DNA from: Bacteroidota bacterium
GTDB lineage: Bacteria; Bacteroidota; Ignavibacteria; UBA10030; UBA8401
Direction: 5' to 3'
DNA: 32,000 nt
Assembly: GCA_035506275.1 (NCBI GenBank)
Contig: DATJPT010000011.1
Span: 25,513-57,512, forward strand
Below are positions 9,096 through 17,142 of this stretch, one piece after another. Every line of letters starts with the position of its first letter. Position 1 is the first letter of the stretch. The notes beneath the pieces were generated by a model. It saw nothing but the letters and a program-made list of their open reading frames with translations. It had not been told where the DNA came from and ran no database searches. Both the position numbers and the translations under genes were made by a program.

Positions 9096-9758
9096 ATGAA
9101 GACAAACTCGAGAGCAACGGACGCTGATGACGTCATCCGTGTCGCCGTTATCGATGACGACGATGAGATGCGAAAAGGGATCCGAATGATCATCGACCAG
9201 GCGGAAGGCTTTGCCTGTGCCGATTATACAAGCGGATCGACCTTTCTTGAGACCTTTGATGAAAACCCGCCCGATGTCGTGCTGATGGACATCGGCATGC
9301 CCGACAAGTCGGGCATTGAATGGGTTGAGATCCTCAAAGAACGCTATCCGCATATCCAGTGCCTGATGCTGACCGTCCACAGTGACGAAGAGAAGATATT
9401 CCAATCACTACGAGCGGGAGCGGTGGGTTATCTGCTCAAGACGACAACACCCGAGAAGCTTCTCACGTCCATCAAGGAAACGTACGCGGGCGGAGCGCCG
9501 ATGTCGGGAGAAGTCGCACGGAAAGTATTGACATATTTTCAGCAGCCAAAGCCATCAACGGTCTTCTCCACGCTGTCTCAGCGGGAACTCGACGTTCTTC
9601 TCGCGTTAACGGAAGGATATACATACAAGGTCATTGCAGATAAGTTATTTGTCAGCGTGAATACCGTCCGCTTTCATCTCCGCAATATTTATGCAAAGCT
9701 CCATGTTCGATCCCGCACCGAAGCGGTGGCAAAAGCATTAAAAAACAAGGCCCTCTAA
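9096..9758 (+). CDS. two-component response regulator, NarL/FixJ (LuxR-type HTH) family
   Basis: REC domain (VAVIDDDDEMR, phospho-acceptor context VVLMDIGMPDKSG, LTVHSDEE, GAVGYLLK). C-terminal LuxR HTH (LSQRELDVLLALTEGYTYKVIADKLFVSVNTVRFHLRNIYAKLHV). Confidence 0.9.
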   Translation: MKTNSRATDADDVIRVAVIDDDDEMRKGIRMIIDQAEGFACADYTSGSTFLETFDENPPDVVLMDIGMPDKSGIEWVEILKERYPHIQCLMLTVHSDEEKIFQSLRAGAVGYLLKTTTPEKLLTSIKETYAGGAPMSGEVARKVLTYFQQPKPSTVFSTLSQRELDVLLALTEGYTYKVIADKLFVSVNTVRFHLRNIYAKLHVRSRTEAVAKALKNKAL

Positions 9759-9838
9759 TGCACCGGTATCGATGTGTTCTTTCTGCCCCTCAACAGCCTC
9801 AACCTGACCTCCATCACAATAATCACCGGTTGTAAGAA

Positions 9839-9858
9839 AACTACATAGATATGTAGTT
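9839..9858. promoter_or_regulatory. 7-2-7 inverted repeat AACTACATA-GA-TATGTAGTT (copy 2, perfect palindrome), candidate operator
   Basis: Perfect 9-bp arms with a 2-bp spacer. Located in the 330-bp intergenic region between the response regulator and the T9SS-secreted protein gene, about 230 nt upstream of the latter's ATG. Confidence 0.4.
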
Positions 9859-10088
9859 GTAACACCTTCCGGTATATGGTATTTTTCCTATACGTTCATC
9901 CCCGTAGAATATTGCCGGCCCCAAGCCGCAAGTTGTCGCCATATCCGAGTCAGAAAGAGATTTTAGCGCTTTCCAATGATGGATCGCTCGATCCGATTCG
10001 ATGCATTCATTGGAAGAATAGATTCCAAGAAAGTTTAGGCAGGTAATAAAGAGGTAGCTCATATCAACCATATGGAGGGATCAGATCC

Positions 10089-11864
10089 ATGAAGAACCTT
10101 TTCCGTTTTCTGTTTGCGCTCCTTTCGCTATTCTGGGGCTTCAGCTCTGTGTTTGCCCAGTGGGCCAGCGATCCGTCTAAGAACACTCCTGTCGACACTG
10201 GTGGCCATACGGCAGCTGATGTGGTAATGTTGAAAGACGGCAACGGAGGAGCTTTCATCGTTTGGGATGATCTGCGCGAGGGAGATAAGAATCCAAAGAT
10301 TTTCGCCCAACATCTGGATAAGAATGGCTATGCGGTGTGGGCTGCCAACGGCGTGGAAATCTCTCCCCCCGGCCTCATTCAGGCCCATCCTCAGGCAGCC
10401 GCGGTTGGAGACGGCGGAATTATTGTCTCGTGGGAGGAGGACTACAGAGATTCCGCGCTCGGAAGCGCCGCTCCGGCGATTTTTGCCCAGCGTATCAGTG
10501 TTCACGGTACGCGAATGTGGAGAGATTCTGCCTTGCAGATCGCAGGTCCGCTTCCCTTTCAGCTCTTCTATCCACTCGGCGTAACGACTGCGTGTACTTC
10601 GGACGGTTCTGGAGGCGCCTACGTTGCCTGGGCTAATCTTTACAGCGGGTTTCAGAATCTGGTCATCTCCCGGATTGACAGCTCGGGCAACATCCGGTGG
10701 TCATCCTCGGCAATGAACGGCTTTAGCGGCGGTGCCTTGCCGGTCGGTGGCTATGACGATTTGCGGCTTTTGCAGAACGGAACCTCCGGCGTAATCATTG
10801 CGTGGACCGATGTGCGAAACGCTTTCTCAACTGGAATTTCCCTGTTCGCGCAACGACTCGACAGCGCCGGTAATCGTCGTTGGGATACGACGGGGGTTGC
10901 CCTCGCGCCGAAGCCTTCGTTCCTGCAAGAGCAAGCAAACGAAGTGATCGCCTCTGATAATGCTGGCGGCGTCATCTATGCCTGGGAACAATCGCAAAGC
11001 GGATCATCCCCCCATGGATATGCAGGTCGTGTCAATGCGTCCGGAGCGCTCACCTGGATTTCGCCTTCAGATTCACTCGGAGTTATGGCGGACTCCAATA
11101 AATCGACCGGCCAGGAAAATTTATCGTTAATTCCGGACGGAAGCGGCTCAGTCCTTCTGACGTGGTCAGATGGCGAGAACTATGCGTATGTTCAGAAAAT
11201 TGCCTCCGACGGATCGTTGCCGTGGGGAGGGAACCCTCATGCTTTCGCTGCAAACACCAGCGCTGAAGTGTTGACGACAGACGGCAGCGGAGGCGCGATC
11301 GTGGCCTGGAGTCAAGGCCTGCAAAACGGCGTCAACATTTTTGCTCAACGGGTGAATAGCAGTGGGCAGCCCGTGTGGTCGAACGCTACCAACAACAATG
11401 AGGGCAATCCCGTTTCTACCACCCCCTCCACGTTCCAGACGAAACCTGTCATCGTCTCCGATGATGCGGGAGGAGCGATCGTGGCTTGGTACGATCTCCG
11501 CGCCTCGTCATTCGGCGGACCGGCCGATATTTATGCCCAGCACGTATCGAGCAGCGGCAGCGTGACGAAAGTAAATCCACACGCCTCGGCCGTGGCGACC
11601 GAATTTTCTCTCCAGCAAAACTATCCTAACCCGTTTAATCCCTCGACGCAGATTCAATTTTCCGTTCCCTCTGACGGGCGAGCGGTATTGAAGGTCTTCA
11701 ACATTCTCGGACAGGAAGTTGCAACATTGTTTGATGGAGCTGCAACGGCCGGGGAATCCCATCAAGTGACGTTTGATGCTTCGCGGTTAGCCAGCGGAAT
11801 ATATTTTTCGCGGCTGGAATTTGGCGGGAAGATGCAGATCAGGAAGATGTTGCTCCTGAAATAG
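10089..11864 (+). CDS. secreted repeat (beta-propeller-like) protein with a T9SS C-terminal sorting domain
   Basis: Signal peptide MKNLFRFLFALLSLFWGFSSVFAQ. Eight copies of a 45-60 aa repeat (D-G-x-GG-a-h-V-x-W ... I-F/Y-A-Q-R/H-h-x-x-x-G-x-x-x-W). The C-terminal about 85 aa (FSLQQNYPNPFNPSTQIQFSVP...GIYFSRLEFGGKMQIRKMLLLK) match the Por secretion tail pattern. Confidence 0.8.
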   Translation: MKNLFRFLFALLSLFWGFSSVFAQWASDPSKNTPVDTGGHTAADVVMLKDGNGGAFIVWDDLREGDKNPKIFAQHLDKNGYAVWAANGVEISPPGLIQAHPQAAAVGDGGIIVSWEEDYRDSALGSAAPAIFAQRISVHGTRMWRDSALQIAGPLPFQLFYPLGVTTACTSDGSGGAYVAWANLYSGFQNLVISRIDSSGNIRWSSSAMNGFSGGALPVGGYDDLRLLQNGTSGVIIAWTDVRNAFSTGISLFAQRLDSAGNRRWDTTGVALAPKPSFLQEQANEVIASDNAGGVIYAWEQSQSGSSPHGYAGRVNASGALTWISPSDSLGVMADSNKSTGQENLSLIPDGSGSVLLTWSDGENYAYVQKIASDGSLPWGGNPHAFAANTSAEVLTTDGSGGAIVAWSQGLQNGVNIFAQRVNSSGQPVWSNATNNNEGNPVSTTPSTFQTKPVIVSDDAGGAIVAWYDLRASSFGGPADIYAQHVSSSGSVTKVNPHASAVATEFSLQQNYPNPFNPSTQIQFSVPSDGRAVLKVFNILGQEVATLFDGAATAGESHQVTFDASRLASGIYFSRLEFGGKMQIRKMLLLK

Positions 11865-11899
11865 AGCAATTTCGTGGAATCGCATTGGCAGGAAAAGAG

Positions 11900-11936
11900 A
11901 AGGCTGTTCATCCGATTGAACAGCCTTTTTCCTTTT
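11900..11936. terminator. bidirectional intrinsic terminator between convergent genes
   Basis: Perfect 11-bp stem AAGGCTGTTCA / TGAACAGCCTT with loop TCCGAT. It is followed by a T-rich run (TTTCCTTTTT) on + and preceded by an A-rich run (GGAAAAGAG) that serves the - strand. Confidence 0.6.
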
Positions 11937-12764
11937 TCAAAGCTGCATGATGATCTTTGAAAGGAGGGAAGAAAAGTTGTGCTTCACCTTATTTGCTACC
12001 TCCCGCACTTCATCATGGTTGAGGGTGCTGGGAGCAAGTCCGGTAGCCAGGTTTGTGATGCAGGAGATGCCGAGCACTTCCATTCCGTAACTCGACGCGA
12101 GAATCACCTCCGGCACCGTCGACATTCCAACCGCATCGACTCCCCATGAGGCCATCATCCTGATCTCGGCGGCGGATTCGTACGACGGCCCTTTCGTCCA
12201 GCAATAAATCCCTTCCTTCACAGGAATATTGTGTTCAGAGGCTACTTTCCTGGCGAGAGCGATGAGATTCGGGCTAAATTCCGGGCGGGAAATTCTTGCC
12301 TTCTCATTTGCACGCGAAATAAGCGGGTTTTCAAACGATAGATTGACGTAATCGCTGATGATCATAAGGTCGCCGGGGATGAAGCTCGCATTCACTCCTC
12401 CGGCCGCATTCGTGACCACAAGCGTTTTTGTTCCCAACCTCCGAGCCACTTCGATCGGATAAACGACGATGTCGGTGTCGTTGCTCTCATAGAAATGAAT
12501 TCTTCCCTGAAAGACCAGGAGGCCGGCAGAAGAGTTCTCGGCCGATTTGAGTTTTCCAAAAAGGAGCCTGCCTGCGTGTCCTTCAACGGAAGAAACCGGA
12601 TAGTAGGGAATGTCTTTTGTTTCGAGAGAAATCTTCTCGGTGAGGAGATCTCCGAAATCGCCAAGGCCGGAGCCGAGAATGACGCTGATCGGGGGGAGGG
12701 TGCCTACTTTTGCCTTAATGTATTCAACCGAAGCTGCAATGTGCTCATTGTAATCTCTATTCAT
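11937..12764 (-). CDS. punA: purine nucleoside phosphorylase (PunA/PNP-I, trimeric-type family)
   Basis: ILGSGLG, GHAGRLLFG, FQGRIHFYE, LVVTNAAGGVN, GPSYESAAEIRMM...GVDAVGMSTVPEV and CITNLATG are all characteristic of inosine/guanosine PNP. Confidence 0.85.
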   Translation of the reverse strand: MNRDYNEHIAASVEYIKAKVGTLPPISVILGSGLGDFGDLLTEKISLETKDIPYYPVSSVEGHAGRLLFGKLKSAENSSAGLLVFQGRIHFYESNDTDIVVYPIEVARRLGTKTLVVTNAAGGVNASFIPGDLMIISDYVNLSFENPLISRANEKARISRPEFSPNLIALARKVASEHNIPVKEGIYCWTKGPSYESAAEIRMMASWGVDAVGMSTVPEVILASSYGMEVLGISCITNLATGLAPSTLNHDEVREVANKVKHNFSSLLSKIIMQL

Positions 12765-12818
12765 AGATGCAGCGGTTTATTCTGAACGTTTTTTTTGCGG
12801 TCAAGAACAATGCCCGCT

Positions 12819-13391
12819 TCAATCTTTCGGCGGTTCGAAGCAGTTGCGGCACCGCGCCTCGTACACATCTTTGGCTCCGACAACAACGCGTTCGTGAGAC
12901 TCGGAAGTGCGCTGGGTCCGGTCGGCAGGATTTCCGCACACAACGCAGATTGCAAGAGTTTTCGTAATGTACTCCGCCACAGCAAGAAGCTGCGGCATCG
13001 GTTCGAATGGCTTGCCGCGGTAATCCTGGTCGAGCCCCGCCACGATCACGCGCTTTCCGGCATTCGCGAGACGTTCGCACACATCGACGATGGTCGGAGC
13101 AAAGAACTGCCCTTCGTCGATGCCGATCACTTGAGCGTCGGCAGACTGTTTCAATATTTCCTCGGGCGTATCGACGACTGTCGAAACGAGCGACTGTTCG
13201 CTGTGCGACACGATATGGCTGGAGCTGTAGCGATTATCGATGCGCGGCTTGAAGATCATGACCTTTTGCCGGGCGATCTGTGCGCGGCGCATGCGGCGGA
13301 TCAGCTCTTCGGTCTTTCCGCTGAACATGCATCCGGCGATGACTTCGATCCATCCGGTATTTTTCGGTGAAGAATGAGGGGCGTCTTCCAT
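12819..13391 (-). CDS. tdk: thymidine kinase
   Basis: From the internal Met (CAT at 13389-13391): [33 protein letters not shown] (P-loop), [25 protein letters not shown] and the zinc ribbon CVVCGNPA...ARCRNCF. The length of 191 aa is typical. The upstream 87 codons of the track ORF have no support. Confidence 0.9.
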   Translation of the reverse strand: MEDAPHSSPKNTGWIEVIAGCMFSGKTEELIRRMRRAQIARQKVMIFKPRIDNRYSSSHIVSHSEQSLVSTVVDTPEEILKQSADAQVIGIDEGQFFAPTIVDVCERLANAGKRVIVAGLDQDYRGKPFEPMPQLLAVAEYITKTLAICVVCGNPADRTQRTSESHERVVVGAKDVYEARCRNCFEPPKD

Positions 13392-13504
13392 GAGAAAAAA
13401 TATTCTGATATATGGCTGCTGAATTGTGGAAAAATATAGAAAAATGAGGACGGAAATGCAAGGAATGATTGAGAGCCGACCTGCAACGGGAAATGAGAAA
13501 GAAA

Positions 13505-14761
13505 TTATTGAAGCGTGATCTTCGTGATCTCCGGCGGGCAGTTGACTCTGAACGGAACACCGACGGTTCCGATTCCGCGCGTGACGTACATTTGTGAATT
13601 TCCCAGCTTGTAGAGTCCCCAGACATATTTGGAGAAGAGCGCTGCAGGACAAACGATCAAATTTCCAACCTTGGCAAAGACAATTTGGCCGCCATGGGTA
13701 TGACCGGCGAGGGTAAGGTCGATGTTATGATCCGCGAACGATTCAAGGTAATACGGTTTATGGCAAAGCAGGATCCTCGGGTTTGGATTCTGGACGGAGG
13801 ATAACGCTGTGTGAAGATATTTTTCCGGCGTTCCTTCGATGGGTATATCGTCGACTCCAACAAGGTTGATGAACGAATTTCCCTTCGTAATTCTAACGGC
13901 ATCATTCCGCAAAAGCTTGATCCCGCATCCGTCCACTTCCTTCGCAACGACGTCGACATTGGCGTAATAGTCGTGGTTCCCCAGGCAGCCGAAGACACCA
14001 TATGGGGCGTGAAGAGAGGAAAATGCTTCAACGAAAGGATAGACCTCTTCAGTTTGGCTGTTAACAAAATCCCCCGGGACAAAAATGACATCGGTCTTAA
14101 GCCCGTTGAGTGCGGCGACATAATCATCCATTTCCGGTTTCGTCATGAATGCGCTGGAATGAATGTCGCTCATCAAACCGATAGTGAATCCCTTGAATTC
14201 ATCCGGCAAATTCTGGATCCGAACCGTCCGCTCAATGATGTCGTAATCATTCCGGTCGATGATGCCCTTGGTCGCTCCGGCAAAAGAATATCCCGACAGG
14301 GCAATAGCTCCGGTTCTCAGGAAGGTCCGCCGCGATCCATCGAATCTCTGGAACTTCTGTGTGGATTTCATGACAATAATTTTTTCTTTCACGGGGGCGA
14401 ACATTTTCCCTACATGCAACAGGGCCGTGAACGGCATTCGAAGAATTCGTACAATCGATAGGACCACGAAGAGAAAAAACGTCGCTCCTTGCCACACGTA
14501 AATCGGGTAAGCTATGCCGTAGAAGAACCAATGCGGCAGTTCATTCGTGAATGAGTGGATGAAGAGAAGAGGAAGGAACGCGAGATTGAAAAACCCGAAG
14601 ACGTACGGCACTGCTTTTGCGAACCAGCGGGGGGCCGTTGAAAAGCTCTTAACGAACCTTTCTGTTTTCCTATACAGAAACCATTGGATAGTAAAAATTA
14701 AGATCGGAAAGATGACTCGAAAGAAAAAATAAAGGGGTGTTCCGCTCATTGTCGACCGCAA
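13505..14761 (-). CDS. membrane-anchored metallophosphoesterase (calcineurin-like, YkuE/YaeI-like)
   Basis: About four N-terminal TM segments, then the phosphoesterase motifs SDIH, GDFVN, GNHD and GHTHGGQ. Confidence 0.8.
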   Translation of the reverse strand: MRSTMSGTPLYFFFRVIFPILIFTIQWFLYRKTERFVKSFSTAPRWFAKAVPYVFGFFNLAFLPLLFIHSFTNELPHWFFYGIAYPIYVWQGATFFLFVVLSIVRILRMPFTALLHVGKMFAPVKEKIIVMKSTQKFQRFDGSRRTFLRTGAIALSGYSFAGATKGIIDRNDYDIIERTVRIQNLPDEFKGFTIGLMSDIHSSAFMTKPEMDDYVAALNGLKTDVIFVPGDFVNSQTEEVYPFVEAFSSLHAPYGVFGCLGNHDYYANVDVVAKEVDGCGIKLLRNDAVRITKGNSFINLVGVDDIPIEGTPEKYLHTALSSVQNPNPRILLCHKPYYLESFADHNIDLTLAGHTHGGQIVFAKVGNLIVCPAALFSKYVWGLYKLGNSQMYVTRGIGTVGVPFRVNCPPEITKITLQ

Positions 14762-14895
14762 TTGTGCAAGGAACTGGTTTTCTTTATCATTTTAATATAA
14801 TAAAATTACGCAAATTTTCCCTCGCATAAACGTAGGGACCAGCGTTTAGAATGATAACAAGTGTGGTGAAGGTTTGGTTTCGTTAAAAATTCTCC

Positions 14896-14924
14896 TTGAT
14901 TCTTGGCATTTCTTTGGCTATTTT
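14896..14924 (+). promoter_or_regulatory. sigma70-like promoter candidate for secG (TTGATT-17-TATTTT)
   Basis: -35-like TTGATT at 14896-14901, a 17-nt spacer and -10-like TATTTT at 14919-14924, in the AT-rich divergent intergenic region. Called by sequence pattern only. Confidence 0.3.
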
Positions 14925-14980
14925 TATAGAGTTTAAGTACCCGCACTGCGGGGTTTTTTTATTTTGGAGGATTTCGAGAT

Positions 14981-15322
14981 ATGTATACCTTTTTCATCGC
15001 AATTGAGATCATCGTTTGTGTCCTTTTGATCGGCGTTATTCTGATGCAAAATAGCAAAGGGGGAGGGTTGGCGGGAGCGTTCGGAGGGGGCAATTTTGGA
15101 ACGGTCTTCGGAGTTCGCAGGACCGCCGATTTCCTGACCCGGGCGACGACAATATTGGCGACGACGTTCATAGTTCTCGCGCTCATCATCAACCTCTTTT
15201 TCTTGCCAGGGAAAAGCGCCTCCTCAAAAGAAAGCGTGATTCAGAGCGGGCAAACTTCGGTTCCTCCTGCGCAGCTTCCTCCGCAAAGCCAGCCGGCGCC
15301 GGTCAGCGCTCCTGCAAAGTAA
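14981..15322 (+). CDS. secG: preprotein translocase subunit SecG
   Basis: IVCVLLIGVILMQNSKGGGLAGAFGG...FGVRRTADFLTRATTILATTFIVLALIINL is the canonical SecG pattern. GGAGG lies 10 nt upstream of the ATG. The C-terminal tail is Pro/Gln-rich. Confidence 0.85.
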   Translation: MYTFFIAIEIIVCVLLIGVILMQNSKGGGLAGAFGGGNFGTVFGVRRTADFLTRATTILATTFIVLALIINLFFLPGKSASSKESVIQSGQTSVPPAQLPPQSQPAPVSAPAK

Positions 15323-15340
15323 AACTGCGTAGCGTCATTT

Positions 15341-15413
15341 GCACCCATGGCTCAATTGGTAGAGCAACTGACTCTTAATCAGTGGGTTCCAGGTTCGAGT
15401 CCTGGTGGGTGCA
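15341..15413 (+). tRNA. tRNA-Lys (anticodon CUU)
   Basis: Hand-folded cloverleaf. Acceptor GCACCCA/TGGGTGC, D arm GCTC-AATTGGTA-GAGC, anticodon stem ACTGA/TCAGT with loop CT-CTT-AA, variable GGGTT, T arm CCAGG-TTCGAGT-CCTGG, discriminator A. CCA is not encoded. Confidence 0.95.
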
Positions 15414-15555
15414 CTGAAAATCCCCCAGAGTAAATCAAGGAGGTGGTTTCTGGTCTACTTACGGTAATCAGATATCAGCGTAGATTTCAGTTTCCCCCGG
15501 TGCTTTTCCCCGCGGTTTTGTTTCACCGCTCCCGCGAAGAACCTTTCCGTCATTT

Positions 15556-16530
15556 CTACTTGTTCGGCTCCAGGTCCTGCTTCAGATATCGCTCCATGAT
15601 TCGCTTCATGAATTCTTCTTTATTGATCGTCATGAGGATTTCGGCGTTCGGCGGTCGTGTACTGTCGATCATGGTGTACCCTGCATCGTCAACATGGATA
15701 TGAGCTTTCCGGCTCGTGAAAAGTTCCGGCCAGAGGACGTAGCCAACTGCAACCACATCGTACAAAGTAGGGTCGGCGTTTGCAAAGCTCTCGTACAACC
15801 AGAGAGAATATAGCCCGCACAGCGCATTTGTCAAAGGCGATTGGCGCATAAGCAGTCTGTTCCGGTTTGCTTCATTCAACTTCACAAATGTCGTCACATC
15901 CAGCCCCGCGAACGTTTTCTTTGCATCCGCTGCGACAAACGCTTTCGAGGCCTCGATGTCGGCCCTTACATTCCACTCGGCATCCGGTATCGGCCCGCCG
16001 TTGTATCCCATGTAAAACGAGCCAAACATCGAGACAATTTGTTTGGCAAGTTTCAGCGCACTTTTATCCTTCTTAATGACCTCTTTGATGTTGCAGACAG
16101 GGCCTACGGTGAAGAGAACAACTTCGTTGGGATACTTTTTCAGACTGGAGATGATGAAATCTGCCGCGTTCATATTCGACGGGGCTACTTTGTCAAATCC
16201 ATCGGACCAATAGAATTGATTGGAGCGTCCGGCAATTTCCTTGTCGACGCCGACTATTCCGGGGGTTGGAGCGCCGACGAAAACCGGAATAGAGTCTTTC
16301 CCGGCTTCATATAGAAGCTTGCAAAGAGTTCTTGCACGCAGCGGCGTGTTGCCATGGTCGACAACGAAGCCAAGGACATCGAATTCCGGGCTGTTGAGGA
16401 TAAGCGCGACGGCAAAAGCGTCGTCGATGTCTCCGCCGATATCGCAGTCGAAAATTATTTTTTGCTTTTCTTTTCCCGATACAAAAAGAGGAATAAAAAA
16501 AATGCTCAAGAGAAAGAGTGTCTTTTTCAT
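15556..16530 (-). CDS. nucleoside hydrolase (inosine-uridine preferring, IUNH family) with an N-terminal signal peptide
   Basis: From the internal Met (CAT at 16528-16530): signal peptide MKKTLFLLSIFFIPLFVSG, then IIFDCDIGGDIDDAFAVALIL (the DxDxxxDD Ca/ribose site of nucleoside hydrolases). The track ORF's upstream 53 codons run through hairpin-rich leader sequence and are discounted. Confidence 0.85.
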   Translation of the reverse strand: MKKTLFLLSIFFIPLFVSGKEKQKIIFDCDIGGDIDDAFAVALILNSPEFDVLGFVVDHGNTPLRARTLCKLLYEAGKDSIPVFVGAPTPGIVGVDKEIAGRSNQFYWSDGFDKVAPSNMNAADFIISSLKKYPNEVVLFTVGPVCNIKEVIKKDKSALKLAKQIVSMFGSFYMGYNGGPIPDAEWNVRADIEASKAFVAADAKKTFAGLDVTTFVKLNEANRNRLLMRQSPLTNALCGLYSLWLYESFANADPTLYDVVAVGYVLWPELFTSRKAHIHVDDAGYTMIDSTRPPNAEILMTINKEEFMKRIMERYLKQDLEPNK

Positions 16531-16614
16531 TTTGATGTCCTGTTGTTCAATATCTTTCAGGGAGCGACCAGATCGACGCTGAAGGTAGCGGAAGGGGATA
16601 TAAGAAGCAACAAT

Positions 16615-16694
16615 AAAAAACCCGGTGTTGGGGGGAACACCGGGCTTGACCCTTTCAAGGTGCAACAATGAGGGGAGGCATCGTTGCACAGGTC
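16615..16694 (-). ncRNA. candidate small RNA or transcription-attenuator leader with three hairpins (two C-rich loops) and an intrinsic terminator
   Basis: Read on the - strand, downstream of a TTGACA-17-TAATTT promoter-like element. Hairpin 1 is GTGCAACGATG-[CCTCCCCT]-CATTGTTGCAC (11 bp with one G.U, 16689-16660). Hairpin 2 is CTTGA-[AAGGG]-TCAAG (16659-16645). Hairpin 3 is CCCGGTGTT-[CCCCCC]-AACACCGGG followed by TTTTTT (16644-16615). The 5' end is estimated. Confidence 0.4.
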
Positions 16695-16700
16695 AAAATG

Positions 16701-16729
16701 AAATTAGGAAAATGAAAAACCACTGTCAA
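16701..16729 (-). promoter_or_regulatory. sigma70-like promoter candidate (TTGACA-17-TAATTT) driving the hairpin unit and nucleoside hydrolase
   Basis: On the - strand: TTGACA at 16729-16724, a 17-nt spacer and TAATTT at 16706-16701. Confidence 0.4.
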
Positions 16730-16977
16730 GCAGGCGCAATGCGCGATTAACTATATTGCAAGAGAGTATTCGGCGACACTAACATCCGTTCTACATCTAG
16801 AACATTAAAGGTGAGGAAAAACGTTCCGCTGCGAACGCAGAATTTGCTCGGCGGGTTTAACATATCTCGCTCGCGGATCTGGCTCATTTTCAACAAACCC
16901 ATGGCAGGATTGGGCAAAATCGACCTCACGAGGGCCTGTAGGCCCATCGCAAGCGGTTTGCAATACCTAGTTTCTCC

Positions 16978-17005
16978 TTGACAAAACTAATTTTTCTTTT
17001 ATATT
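16978..17005 (+). promoter_or_regulatory. sigma70-like promoter candidate (TTGACA-16-TATATT) for the five-gene stator/rotor operon
   Basis: TTGACA at 16978-16983, a 16-nt AT-rich spacer and TATATT at 17000-17005. It lies about 135 nt upstream of the first ATG (17143). No other gene lies between. Confidence 0.45.
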
Positions 17006-17142
17006 ACAGCAGATTAGGAGATAGTTTGCAAGAAGTATTTAAATTGATTGCGGTAATTACTTCTAAAATGTAGTGCTGTTTCTTGGGATGCGCTGTAGGC
17101 GTTGTTTAATTCTTTTCCAATCACAATGAGCAGACAAACATC

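Noticed and set aside
12795-13370. 191-aa plus-strand ORF antisense to tdk.
   Set aside because: tdk on the minus strand has the P-loop and zinc-ribbon motifs. The plus-strand translation has none.
13811-14461. 216-aa plus-strand ORF antisense to the metallophosphoesterase gene.
   Set aside because: The minus-strand frame carries all four phosphoesterase motifs. The plus-strand product is featureless.
16531-16689. N-terminal extensions of track ORFs. This one belongs to the nucleoside hydrolase. Others are at 13392-13652 (tdk), 5503-5619 (DUF420), 5976-6056 (kinase), 20509-20580 (FliG-like gene) and 22405-22485 (ygfZ).
   Set aside because: Each extension overlaps an upstream gene, a terminator or a hairpin leader. 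In each case an internal start yields a canonical N-terminus (signal peptide or family-typical length).
16811-16929. Nested long-range complementarities (GTGAGG/CCTCAC and GGGTTT/AAACCC) that hint at a structured RNA.
   Set aside because: Six-bp complementary pairs are expected by chance in about 200 nt. I saw no match to the conserved cores of RNase P, SRP or 6S RNA.
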